This document shows, piece by piece, positions 46,699 to 56,514 of a stretch of 64,000 nucleotides of DNA. The stretch spans positions 32,001 through 96,000 of IMG/VR virus record IMGVR_UViG_3300032117_000009; one strand, written 5' to 3'. The notes beneath the pieces were generated by a model. It searched no databases. It was given only the letters and a program-made list of their open reading frames with translations, and was not told where the DNA came from. This DNA is from a virus. Each line of letters starts with the position of its first letter. Positions within the stretch are counted from its first letter, which is position 1. The position numbers and the translations under genes were made by a program.

Positions 46699-48302
46699 AA
46701 ACCTTTGTGTGGGTTTATAAAATTACGGCACCGTCTATTATTGCATTTTCCATGAGTTAATAATTGTTCGCAAGAACCACAGTTCTCTCTAGGTATATTT
46801 ACTAATGTACAGTACCCTCCATCGTTTTGGCAAACGCCTTTTTTATTTTTTTCGCCACATTCTGGACATGTATAATATGAATCACATGCCTCATTATTGC
46901 ATCTTCCATAATCATCTTCTGATACTTTGCACTCTGGGCAAATTTGATTAAAATGCTCTTTGCAATAGTGTCTTTCGTTGCCTAGCCAATCATATGCATA
47001 TTTCATTGGTTCATAAACAACTGGATTATCTGGGTATTTTGTTTCTGTGCATCCTGGGTAATCGCAATGTTGAATTGTGAGAGGCTCATCAGGATAATTT
47101 GGATCATCTTCATACGTGTAATGAGCTTTTTTATCAAAACCCCAATTGATATCATCATATGCATTTGGTTTGCATGATTTACATCTACCGCTAGGTGCTA
47201 ATAAACCACCACAACCAGGGTAAATTCTATTATACCCATATGAAGGTTCTATTGTTTCTGTGCAATGAAGCGGTTTGTGTTCTTTGCAATAGTGATAGCG
47301 TTCTCTTTCCCAATCAGACCCACCGCCGTAATAATTATTATAATCATCGTAGTTAACATCAGCTTTTTTGTCGCAACCTTCATGGTCGCATTGAGGAACT
47401 ACATAAGCTATACATTCTGGGTTATAACATTCATGGTGGTCATTATTTCTAGAATTGGTATCACATTGCCTGCAATATTTGCCTCTTTCGCAATAACCAT
47501 CTGAATACTTTTTATCGCCTGATGCATCATAATTTTTTTCATCTAAGCAGTTGCCAAATTTATCAACTTCGCTTCCACAAAAACATTTATTATGCATATA
47601 ACAACTGGGATTATGGCAAACTTGAGAGTCATTGTCGATAAATTCTTGTTTTAGTTCATCATCACGATATGGCTCTTCACATTCATGGCACACAAAATGA
47701 TCCCAGCAATTTTTACAATAATCGGTGGAAGATTCGTCATGTCTGTGATGTTCTCTACGATGCCAACCTTCAGGCATTCGATCATATTTTGGGTTCCAAC
47801 CATCAGCTTCACAATTTGGTGAGCCATCACACGTTACCCAATAATTTTTTGTGGAAATTTTAAGATTTTCTATAGCTCTTGTAGATTCTCCCAAAGAATT
47901 ATATTTAGAACATTCTTTATTTTCACAATAAGCTTTTCCACTATTACTTTGATAATATGGTTCGCCACATTCTCTACAATTGTCATGGTATTCACAATTC
48001 TTATTATCGCATCTTCCACTATCTTCTAAAACTCCATGAAAACATTCCATACAGTTTGTCTTTTGGCAATCTGGGCAGATGTGAAAATCATAAGCATCAT
48101 GATTGTTTCGATGCTCTGGGAAATCAGATGCATCTTTCCAATCAGACTTCCACATATCATCTTCTGAAACTTCTTCTTCATTGCACTCTGGTCCATGAAC
48201 ATCACAAGTATAGCCAATATATGTTGATGCGTACCTAGGCTTATCTAAGCTATCGACAATGAGATTAGGTTGTTCAAAATTTTGTATTTTTTTACGCATC
48301 AA
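46689..48302 (-). CDS. Modular Cys-rich protein (putative cargo polyprotein)
   Basis: Four CD-x2/4-C...W/Y...[HY]C modules; separators RYAS, KIST and INWGFDKKAH. Confidence 0.65.
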   Translation of the reverse strand: MMRKKIQNFEQPNLIVDSLDKPRYASTYIGYTCDVHGPECNEEEVSEDDMWKSDWKDASDFPEHRNNHDAYDFHICPDCQKTNCMECFHGVLEDSGRCDNKNCEYHDNCRECGEPYYQSNSGKAYCENKECSKYNSLGESTRAIENLKISTKNYWVTCDGSPNCEADGWNPKYDRMPEGWHRREHHRHDESSTDYCKNCWDHFVCHECEEPYRDDELKQEFIDNDSQVCHNPSCYMHNKCFCGSEVDKFGNCLDEKNYDASGDKKYSDGYCERGKYCRQCDTNSRNNDHHECYNPECIAYVVPQCDHEGCDKKADVNYDDYNNYYGGGSDWERERYHYCKEHKPLHCTETIEPSYGYNRIYPGCGGLLAPSGRCKSCKPNAYDDINWGFDKKAHYTYEDDPNYPDEPLTIQHCDYPGCTETKYPDNPVVYEPMKYAYDWLGNERHYCKEHFNQICPECKVSEDDYGRCNNEACDSYYTCPECGEKNKKGVCQNDGGYCTLVNIPRENCGSCEQLLTHGKCNNRRCRNFINPHKGLWS

Positions 48303-51300
48303 AATCCCCAGGCGTCATTATATTTTTTCTTATGCTCTTGGTCATCACCTTCGCAGTACTTACATTGATTGTAAAGAGTATCTAATTTAGGCGACCAACA
48401 ATTATGACAAATTTCATCTTTCCAACACTCTGGGCAATAAATTAAACCGTAGCCAAATTTCCAGCCTTTTTTAGCTGCATTTTTTTCGTCACCGTCTACG
48501 CCACCAACATCTAAGCACTCATCGCACCTAAAACGATAATTATCATCATCCCACATAGCTTGTCTTACTGAAGAGTTTTTATCAAAACCCCAAGCTTTAT
48601 TGTAATCCTGCTTTTTTTCTTCTTTTGTTAAAGGTTCGCAATTTAAACAACGGCCTTTATCTTTATCCAATTTAGAACCACAACCATCTTCTGCATATCC
48701 ATAGCAATCATTATATTCTTTATTGTTGAATTTAGCGTATAATCTTTGCTGATATTGGTCAGTGCAATAAAGATTTTTGTGCAATGGGCATACATGAGAT
48801 AATGAGTCTGGGTCACCATTTTGATAATGAACTGTTTCCCAACCAATTGGATGATCCATGTCATAGTCAAGGCCATCTTCATGTTCATTGCAGCCAGGGT
48901 GATCACAGTCAGCTCCGTATGTCATGGTAGCTTTCTTGTCAAATCCCCAAGCCTTATTGTAATTATGTGTAACAAAATCGCAATGTGGGCATATAGTAGA
49001 TGAATTTTCTATCTTCCAACCGCATTTATTACATCTATTAATATCAGTGTGCTTTGGGCAGACAAATTGCTGGTTTTGTATTGTCCAACCATTTTCAATA
49101 GCTTTTTGAACTGGCCTTTCTCTTAAACCAATTTGGAAACTATTATGGCAAATTTCATCATCACCAGTTTTGTGGTTTCCACACTGAATCGATCTATTGG
49201 TTAGATCAGCATTAGATTTTTTTCCAAAACCCCATGCGCTATTATAAAATTTTTTGTCAGATCCTTCACATAATGTGCATTGGCCGAATTTCCCGAGCTT
49301 TTGTCCACAACCGAACGTCATATTTAATGGGTCGTTAATGTTCTCATCTAAGTGTCTTCCTTTTTTGCAAGTTGGGCAAAAATGAAGTTCTTCAGAATCA
49401 TCATAATCTAATCCTGGCGTTTTATCTTTAAAACCATTTAAACTAGCTCTACCCCATTTAGAATTAATATATTGGTCAAAATTAGGATCATGCTCTCCAC
49501 ATCTATCACAAAAAATAACTCTTTCAAATGAAGCTTTTTTGTCAAAACCCCATGCATCGTTATATACTTCTGGCTGTTTGATTGAACATTCATTGCAATA
49601 ATGTGATCCATTACCTGGGTCATATCCCTCATATCTGGGGATCTCTGAATAGCAACTATCACAGAATATTTTTATAAATGCTTCTTTTGAGGCAGCAGAA
49701 GATAAGCCACGCTCATAGTCTTGCATGCTTGGCGCATCTGTTGCCATTCCATCTTTTCCAGGATCTGGGTTCGGAGTAGAGCCAAAGCCTAAACCATCTG
49801 TGTCGCCAGTATCTTGTGCCATTCCTGGCATGATAGCTTCATTGGGTTGGTCTAATGAGAAGTAATTGATAGCTTTCTTCAAACCCCATGCGTTGTCATA
49901 ATTTTTCTTTATGTTTTCGTCTAAACCATCACATACTAGGCATTGACCATATTTGCCTTTTAAATTTGTGCAATTAGGGCAACGTTCTTTTGCATGTTCT
50001 GGGCAATAATCAGAATCTTGTTTACCTAAAAACCAATTTTCAAGCGCATCTTCATCATCATGATAAACTATGTTCTTGCAGCCTTCTTCATCGCAGTGAT
50101 GGAACGTAGAAGCTTTTTTATCAAATCCCCAGGCATCTTTGTAATCTTTTTGATATTCTTCGTTAGATCCATCACAAGTTTCACACTGACCGTACTTTCC
50201 CTCTTTCCATGATTTACATCTAGGGCAGAATGTAGTATCTCCTGCACATGGAGGACATATGTAACAATCATGTTTATCATCCCAATGCATATTAGGGCCT
50301 GGGTGAGTATCTTCACAGTGTCCACATGTATCTTCACCAAGAATATATTCAGAACAATTATCACAATAAAGTGAATCATGGTAACCATGTACATCCCAAG
50401 GATAAATAGGCTGTAGGGTAGTTCCGTATTCATCTACTAGCTTATCGTGTTCAATGTCTTTTCCTGGAAAGCTTTTTTGTATACAGCTTGGACATTTCAC
50501 TCCACCGTCACTAAGAAAACAAAGAAGATCTGGATTATGGCTAGAAGCTTTTTTATCAAAGCCCCAGGCATTAAAATAAGCTTTTGAGTCCTTGCCATCA
50601 CAATCTAAGCATTGTCCAAATATGCCTGCATTTTTTTTATTAAGTTTTTTCCCACAGCCAGTTTTTAATAAATTTCTTCCTTCTTCATCCCATTGGTCTA
50701 TGCAATAAAGTTGAGCATGTTCTGGGCAAAAATCAGCTATATCTTTTTCTCCACCAGCTGTTTGCCCAGCTGTTTGCCAATTCTTATCTATTGCATCTTC
50801 AAGATCTACAATTTTATTGCATAATGGGTGATCGCAATCAATCTCTCCGGTTGAATGCATGCTAGAGTCTTTATTAAATCCCCAAGCGTCTTTGTAATCT
50901 TTTTTAACTTCTTTTTTAATTTGATCGTAACAATCTTTACAGTAAACACAATCCCCATATTTATTCATATTTTTTATATGGTGATCATAGCAACATTTGT
51001 CACATACAAAAGAATTTTCTGAAGCTTTTTTATCAAAACCCCATGCATTTTTATAATTTTCTTCTGTATCTTCTTCTGTTGCCTCGCAATCATCGCAAAG
51101 GCTATACTTATTTAAAAGCTCACCACATCCATGACCAATTTCATCTCTATCTACACAATGTAGTTTTTTGTGCTCTGGGCAGAAATCATAATCTTGTTCT
51201 CCCGATAGCCAATCTCCTAATGTTTCATAGTCATCATGGTAAACAATATTATTGCACCCTTCTTCATCACAATGAAAAAATGTAGATGCTTTTTTATTAA

Positions 51301-52048
51301 ATCCCCAGGCATCGGCATATTCTTTTACCAAGCCATCTTCCGTTTGATTTGAGCACCAAGTGCATTTACCATATGGTCCTAATAACGAACCACAACCGTT
51401 TTTTGTTGTAGTAAGGTGATGATTTGCATCATCTACGCAATGCAGATCTTTATGTTCTGGGCAGAAATGTTCTGTTGCAAAATCGTTGTGCTTAAAGTTT
51501 GATCCTGAGACATTAGCTACGCCCCAATTACCCTGAGCACCATATCCTGATAGTATGCCTGATCGATCAACAACTATTTCATTCTGACAATAACCATTGT
51601 CTCCATAATGATTACATCTTACTCTTGGAATAAACGAAGCTTTTTTATTAAATCCCCAGGAATCGGCATATTCTTTTTCTATTTCTTCTTCTGTTGCTTC
51701 GCAATTGTCGCATTTACCATAATTGTTTAATACCTCACCACATCCATGACCAACTTCATCATTGTCTACACAATGAAGTTTCTTGTGCTTTGGGCAGAAA
51801 TGTTGATCAGAAGCTGTAGCGTTGCCCCATTTATTTTCTTCTAGGGCATAATATTGACGTATTCTTCCTCTATTATCAATGCTTTCATTTTCATTGGGGC
51901 AATAAGTTATTCTGCCACCATCTTCATCCACATGATCACAGATAGCCTTGGTTACAAGCGATGCTTCTTTAGGAGCGATATCATCACAGGAATCATACAT
52001 GGCAATCACAACCGCATGGTGGGCATGAACAATTACCGCCCTTGTCAA
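48299..52048 (-). CDS. 12-module Zn-finger polyprotein with WGF-x-KKAS linkers; probable start 52000
   Basis: 12 W-G-[F/L] motifs at in-frame spacings of 53-145 aa; ATGTATGA overlap at 51993-52000. Confidence 0.8.
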   Translation of the reverse strand: MTRAVIVHAHHAVVIAMYDSCDDIAPKEASLVTKAICDHVDEDGGRITYCPNENESIDNRGRIRQYYALEENKWGNATASDQHFCPKHKKLHCVDNDEVGHGCGEVLNNYGKCDNCEATEEEIEKEYADSWGFNKKASFIPRVRCNHYGDNGYCQNEIVVDRSGILSGYGAQGNWGVANVSGSNFKHNDFATEHFCPEHKDLHCVDDANHHLTTTKNGCGSLLGPYGKCTWCSNQTEDGLVKEYADAWGFNKKASTFFHCDEEGCNNIVYHDDYETLGDWLSGEQDYDFCPEHKKLHCVDRDEIGHGCGELLNKYSLCDDCEATEEDTEENYKNAWGFDKKASENSFVCDKCCYDHHIKNMNKYGDCVYCKDCYDQIKKEVKKDYKDAWGFNKDSSMHSTGEIDCDHPLCNKIVDLEDAIDKNWQTAGQTAGGEKDIADFCPEHAQLYCIDQWDEEGRNLLKTGCGKKLNKKNAGIFGQCLDCDGKDSKAYFNAWGFDKKASSHNPDLLCFLSDGGVKCPSCIQKSFPGKDIEHDKLVDEYGTTLQPIYPWDVHGYHDSLYCDNCSEYILGEDTCGHCEDTHPGPNMHWDDKHDCYICPPCAGDTTFCPRCKSWKEGKYGQCETCDGSNEEYQKDYKDAWGFDKKASTFHHCDEEGCKNIVYHDDEDALENWFLGKQDSDYCPEHAKERCPNCTNLKGKYGQCLVCDGLDENIKKNYDNAWGLKKAINYFSLDQPNEAIMPGMAQDTGDTDGLGFGSTPNPDPGKDGMATDAPSMQDYERGLSSAASKEAFIKIFCDSCYSEIPRYEGYDPGNGSHYCNECSIKQPEVYNDAWGFDKKASFERVIFCDRCGEHDPNFDQYINSKWGRASLNGFKDKTPGLDYDDSEELHFCPTCKKGRHLDENINDPLNMTFGCGQKLGKFGQCTLCEGSDKKFYNSAWGFGKKSNADLTNRSIQCGNHKTGDDEICHNSFQIGLRERPVQKAIENGWTIQNQQFVCPKHTDINRCNKCGWKIENSSTICPHCDFVTHNYNKAWGFDKKATMTYGADCDHPGCNEHEDGLDYDMDHPIGWETVHYQNGDPDSLSHVCPLHKNLYCTDQYQQRLYAKFNNKEYNDCYGYAEDGCGSKLDKDKGRCLNCEPLTKEEKKQDYNKAWGFDKNSSVRQAMWDDDNYRFRCDECLDVGGVDGDEKNAAKKGWKFGYGLIYCPECWKDEICHNCWSPKLDTLYNQCKYCEGDDQEHKKKYNDAWGF

Positions 52049-52745
52049 AGCGGTTACAGCTAGAAAGGTGGTCTATTTCAGGATAATAATCATTGCAATT
52101 ACAATTATGGCATAAATCATATGCACAATCTGGGCAATAGTCCTCAGACCCTTCATTTACCCATTCATTATATGGATCTAAACTGTTATTATTTTTAGCA
52201 CCACATCCATCACAAATAGTTAAAATGTGTAATTGCTTAGACGATTCTCTCCAAGAGTTCTGGTAATCATTGGTAAGCTCTGTACCACCAGGTCCTTCGT
52301 TATCAATGTATCCACCGCAATCGGGGCACTCATTGTACTCATAAGCGTAATCAATGGCTTGCTTAGATATTTGATTCTTATCGCAATGTGGGCAAGTGTA
52401 TGGTTCGCCAGCAGCAATCTTTACAGAAGCTGTATGGGTATCATCATCGTCATCTTTACGTACAATAGTAATTTTAGGCCACTTATGGCCATCAGAAGGC
52501 TTATCTGTGCCTTCAGGCCATTTTTGTGGAGCTGGATTAGGATTAGGAAATACTTCTGACCATGGGCCAGTCATCTTTTCATAATCCTGATCGTCAATAT
52601 CCTTAAGACGATTAATCATATGATCAATTTCAGGATCAAATTGATTTTCTCCAGGGTGTGCTTGATTCATATGATCAGCACGCTCTTGTAACGTATATCC
52701 TGCCCAGTCACAATGGGAGCAGCCTAGCCCAGGCTCATACTCCAC
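51993..52745 (-). CDS. Modular protein: C2H2 finger + two Zn modules
   Basis: CSHC...HMNQAH; separators HTASVKIAA and WRESS. Confidence 0.6.
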   Translation of the reverse strand: MEYEPGLGCSHCDWAGYTLQERADHMNQAHPGENQFDPEIDHMINRLKDIDDQDYEKMTGPWSEVFPNPNPAPQKWPEGTDKPSDGHKWPKITIVRKDDDDDTHTASVKIAAGEPYTCPHCDKNQISKQAIDYAYEYNECPDCGGYIDNEGPGGTELTNDYQNSWRESSKQLHILTICDGCGAKNNNSLDPYNEWVNEGSEDYCPDCAYDLCHNCNCNDYYPEIDHLSSCNRFDKGGNCSCPPCGCDCHV

Positions 52746-52753
52746 TGGGCTGG

Positions 52754-53581
52754 CTATTTTGGGGAATTCCCCCTAAAGTTATTTGGGTAATTAGGGGCGC
52801 TTTTAGGCATTTCATAATGAGTTTGCGAATTAACATCTTGTGGATGTGGTGGTGATGAAACAAGGTTTGGCTCATTATAAAGAAGTCCTTGCTTATAACC
52901 CTGATAGTAATCCATGGAGAGATTAGCCATTCCCTCATCCATTTCTTTACCAGATGTAGCATCGGAATAACCTTTATAAAATACATCGGAGTCAGAAGCT
53001 ATTTTATTCATTGTCTTATAATAGTCTTCTGCTGTCCATTTAGATGCAGTAGAAGTAGGCATTTGTGCTGTTTGTGGCATATTAGCTGTTTCTGGCATGT
53101 CTACGTTTGAAACAGCGGAAGCGCCTTCTTGAACATCTGGAGAAGACATTTCTGGGCTAGGCATTACATCTGCTATTACCCACGAAGAAGCAGATACAAG
53201 AATGCCCTCAGGGTTTTCTTCAGTATCGCTCATCACTGTGCCAGCAATGGGTCCAAGGTCCATGTACATTTCATCATTAGCTGTATCATTTACAGCAAAT
53301 CGGTTATGGTTACCTTGCTCAGAAATCTTTTTGTGCGTATCCCAACAGCAACCACAACCAACTTCCATTGGGCAAACGTGGTCATCATGGAAGTTATCTT
53401 CGGCATCACGACAAGTTACACAAGTATTATCCAGCAATGGATGTGAACTATATGCACAACTCATGCTTGGGTAATTAGTTGGGTCACCACAATGCTGACA
53501 GATAGGACCATCTCCTAAGCTAGCATATGCTTTAAAACTGTCTTGGCCCTCTAGCTCAGACCAGCGTGGCGGTAATGTCAT
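52754..53581 (-). CDS. Modular Cys-rich/acidic protein
   Basis: SD GGAGAA; separators NRFAV, STASKWTAE and NKIAS. Confidence 0.55.
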   Translation of the reverse strand: MTLPPRWSELEGQDSFKAYASLGDGPICQHCGDPTNYPSMSCAYSSHPLLDNTCVTCRDAEDNFHDDHVCPMEVGCGCCWDTHKKISEQGNHNRFAVNDTANDEMYMDLGPIAGTVMSDTEENPEGILVSASSWVIADVMPSPEMSSPDVQEGASAVSNVDMPETANMPQTAQMPTSTASKWTAEDYYKTMNKIASDSDVFYKGYSDATSGKEMDEGMANLSMDYYQGYKQGLLYNEPNLVSSPPHPQDVNSQTHYEMPKSAPNYPNNFRGNSPK

Positions 53582-53683
53582 TCTATTCTCCTTGGACAGG
53601 CAAAAATCTTGGCACCAATGATTTCTATTACAAAGGACGACTTGTTGATAATTTTAGTTGAAATTCGCTTAAAATGCTAGTTT

Positions 53684-54235
53684 CTATGACCAATCAATAT
53701 TATTGTATGGGTTCATGCATTTGATGGCTTGCTTATGGCCTTTAGTTATAGCATCAGGAACTATTTTCTCAACAAACTTATGTTTTTTCATATAAGCGTC
53801 AACAGCTTCAGGGTTATCAATGTTGTTAGGTTGCTCTTGAAGCATTTTGTAATAAAGATTTTTGCTTGCTTTAGAAAGTTCGTGACCTATGTGATCAACC
53901 AGGTGATTACCACTTAATGATTTTCCGTCTAATCCCCATTTATGGTCTTCTGCATATTCAATGTCTTCTGGTGAAAATGAACGTAATATTTCTTCAACGT
54001 CATTGTTATTAATACACCAATTATTATGACATCCATCAAATGGTGTATTACGCCCTAACCCACGTCTTAAATCTATTGGGTTATCACATCTTCCACATGT
54101 TTCTTCATATTTGTGAACAACTCTGCCATGGTAACTATTGTACTCAAATGGCATATCGTCGTAATCACTATCTTTGTAGTTTATACAATTTGGAATTTCA
54201 TTCCATAAACCCATGTTACCAAAGCTCCCCATCAT
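53684..54235 (-). CDS. Hypothetical Zn-ribbon protein
   Basis: CGRC...CHNNWC; ends NIDWS. Confidence 0.5.
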   Translation of the reverse strand: MMGSFGNMGLWNEIPNCINYKDSDYDDMPFEYNSYHGRVVHKYEETCGRCDNPIDLRRGLGRNTPFDGCHNNWCINNNDVEEILRSFSPEDIEYAEDHKWGLDGKSLSGNHLVDHIGHELSKASKNLYYKMLQEQPNNIDNPEAVDAYMKKHKFVEKIVPDAITKGHKQAIKCMNPYNNIDWS

Positions 54236-54734
54236 CAGAAATCTTGAGCTTGTTGAGTCTTCCTCTTGACATATCCCATGGATTGTTATACCCTAGGTCC
54301 CTTTTCTCATTTCTGTCCCATACCATTTTGTTTTCTGGTCTATATGGGTAAACATCATCATGTGGGCTAAAGAATGTATAGTTTTGTTCATTACAGGGTA
54401 TATTCCCACAAACAAACATACCATGTTTACGATGAAATGCTTCTAGCTCATCATTGTCGTTTAAATCTTTGATTTCATGGATATCTTTTGGATGGCTACC
54501 CAGAGAACCACGATAAAAATCATTTATATATTCATTGCGTTCATGTTCGTTATACCCTTGGAAATTATCCTGTTTGTGTGCAATATATTCATCAATTGGC
54601 ACTGGTGATACTGTTGAGCATCCACACTGAGGGCAATTAATCTTTTTACCACTCTCGCTATACCAATTATCTGACCAGTTGCCACCCTGGTTATTAAGCG
54701 CCCAATCGCCAATTTCCATTTTTTGCATGATCAA
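54216..54734 (-). CDS. Hypothetical Zn-ribbon protein
   Basis: CPQC...CGNIPC; ATGA coupling. Confidence 0.5.
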   Translation of the reverse strand: MIMQKMEIGDWALNNQGGNWSDNWYSESGKKINCPQCGCSTVSPVPIDEYIAHKQDNFQGYNEHERNEYINDFYRGSLGSHPKDIHEIKDLNDNDELEAFHRKHGMFVCGNIPCNEQNYTFFSPHDDVYPYRPENKMVWDRNEKRDLGYNNPWDMSRGRLNKLKISDDGELW

Positions 54735-55639
54735 CCTATCCTAAAGTCCATACCAGACCAGTGGGAACAAACATCACAATCGCATTTCTTCCCATGACGA
54801 ATTAAACCAGGTGCATAATCTTGCACATCAAGGATACGCCCATTACTACCAAGAGTATAGATACGCTTCGATTGCTTAAAACGATCTTCCCATATGTTAG
54901 CGTCTTCTGAAAGTTTATTTTCCATATTCTGGTGAGCATGCTCTTTAGTTATGTTGGCGTAATCAATAATTTTGCTCTTAGCCTCTTCTGCACTTGTTGT
55001 ATCATCACCAAGATTAGTCCTAGCAATTGCAGGAGACAATATACCAGCATGCTCTACTCTTGGAAAAAATGTGCAATCAGTTGAGCTAGGATTATTTGCA
55101 TTCTCTGATGGGTGAAAAGTATATGTTGGAGCAAAATTTCCATTGTTATCACCAATTTTCAATGGCTCTTCTTCAAAAATTCCACCACCGAACATTTTTC
55201 CCATATGTTCTTTCCAGCTGTCAAGGGCTTCATCGTTGTCAACAGACTCAGGAAACTTCTGAGTATGCGAGAATTGATAGAAATGGTGATCTCCACCTTC
55301 TTTTTCAGATGGAATAGTGATATGCCATCCTGTGGCTACATTGAATGGCAAGCTACTTGGGCTGAGGTCATGACCATCATGCTCGTCAAAACCAGGTACA
55401 TGAAGCTGCTCAATATTTAATTTTTTATTATTGATCTCTGAATCCATGATTGGGTGTCGGTCAACTGCATGGAAATGAGGGTCATGTATTGCGCCATCGC
55501 ATGAAAAAAATGGCCCACGCTTCTGTTTTAACTCTTCTGGGTCAAGAATTTCTTTTCCGGTCTTTAAATCTCTGTTATTAACTGGTTTGTACGGCTCATA
55601 ATAACTATCATCAGTAGCTGCGATGACGTATTGGCTCAT
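54731..55639 (-). CDS. His-rich domain protein (paralog of 55642..56514)
   Basis: GPFFSC...PHFH.VD.HP...LNI.Q.HVPG.D.HDG...TGWHI shared with the paralog. Confidence 0.6.
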   Translation of the reverse strand: MSQYVIAATDDSYYEPYKPVNNRDLKTGKEILDPEELKQKRGPFFSCDGAIHDPHFHAVDRHPIMDSEINNKKLNIEQLHVPGFDEHDGHDLSPSSLPFNVATGWHITIPSEKEGGDHHFYQFSHTQKFPESVDNDEALDSWKEHMGKMFGGGIFEEEPLKIGDNNGNFAPTYTFHPSENANNPSSTDCTFFPRVEHAGILSPAIARTNLGDDTTSAEEAKSKIIDYANITKEHAHQNMENKLSEDANIWEDRFKQSKRIYTLGSNGRILDVQDYAPGLIRHGKKCDCDVCSHWSGMDFRIG

Positions 55640-55641
55640 TA

Positions 55642-56514
55642 TTAATACCGGCCCTTATTCTTCTTAGAATTCTTATACAGCTCTTCCCAAATGTCAGGGT
55701 TTTCCTCTGACTTTTTGTAATTCTGTATAATACTATTCATATCTAGCTTGTCAGCATAGTTTAACAGAGAATTCTGTGATTCTGAAGAATTATTGTGGCC
55801 TTCAAATATTTTTGTACGTGAGAAAGAAGGACGAATTCTGCTCTTCATTTGTTTAGATGGGTGGAATACGATACTGTAAGCCTTTTCACCTGGCTTTAAA
55901 CCAAAAGGAACTTGTTGCTGTTGCTTTTGTTGCTCTTGTTGCTGTTCTTGCTCTTGTTGCTTTTCTTGCTCTTGTTGCTCTTGTTGCTCTTGCTCTTCTG
56001 GCTCTTGTTCTGGATCTTGTTCTTGCTCTTCACGCTCTTTTGGCTGTTCTTTGCCAGGAAGAAAGTCATAAACAATATCGCTAGGGTCTTTTGCATTATC
56101 AGCTGGACGCTTAATGAATGCACCAGGACCGTGTACGTTAGTACACTCTTCCTTCCACAGGTCTAAAGCTTCATTAGCGTCTGTTGTGGTACTATACTTC
56201 TTTGTGGCTGAGAGTTGAGTGATATGTGAATTTGTATTTGGCTCAATGATGTGCCAACCAGTGATAATGTGGTATGGAGGCATAGTTGAGAAATTAGTTT
56301 TTACGTTGCCATCATGCTGGTCATAACCAGGAACGTGCATTTGACGAATATTCAAACCCTCATTGTTCTCAATGTCTGGGTGACCATCTACTACGTGGAA
56401 GTGTGGGGTTTCCTTTTTCCCATAACAAGAGAAGAAAGGACCTCTCCCACTACTTGCTGGTGCATAAGGCTGTTCATCGCCATCATCAGATGCATATACG
56501 TAATGTAAACTCAT
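55642..56514 (-). CDS. His-rich domain protein with poly-Gln/Glu insert
   Basis: Same domain as 54731..55639 plus an EQ-rich tract. Confidence 0.6.
   Translation of the reverse strand: MSLHYVYASDDGDEQPYAPASSGRGPFFSCYGKKETPHFHVVDGHPDIENNEGLNIRQMHVPGYDQHDGNVKTNFSTMPPYHIITGWHIIEPNTNSHITQLSATKKYSTTTDANEALDLWKEECTNVHGPGAFIKRPADNAKDPSDIVYDFLPGKEQPKEREEQEQDPEQEPEEQEQQEQQEQEKQQEQEQQQEQQKQQQQVPFGLKPGEKAYSIVFHPSKQMKSRIRPSFSRTKIFEGHNNSSESQNSLLNYADKLDMNSIIQNYKKSEENPDIWEELYKNSKKNKGRY
55912..56050 (-). repeat. Imperfect short tandem repeat (cttgttgct-like) encoding a Gln/Glu tract
   Basis: Visible DNA periodicity; translates EQQEQQEQEKQQEQEQQQ. Confidence 0.85.

Noticed and set aside
48299-51670. Recurring ~30-bp DNA repeat (gaagcttttttatcaaa[at]cccca[gt]gc) that superficially resembles a CRISPR array
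   Set aside because: Spacings are 159-435 bp, always multiples of 3 and inside one ORF, and the copies vary at synonymous sites. It is a protein motif, and no cas genes are seen.
44734-52745. Diversity-generating retroelement as the source of module variation
   Set aside because: No reverse transcriptase or non-coding template repeat is visible in the window, and differences between copies are not adenine-specific by eye.
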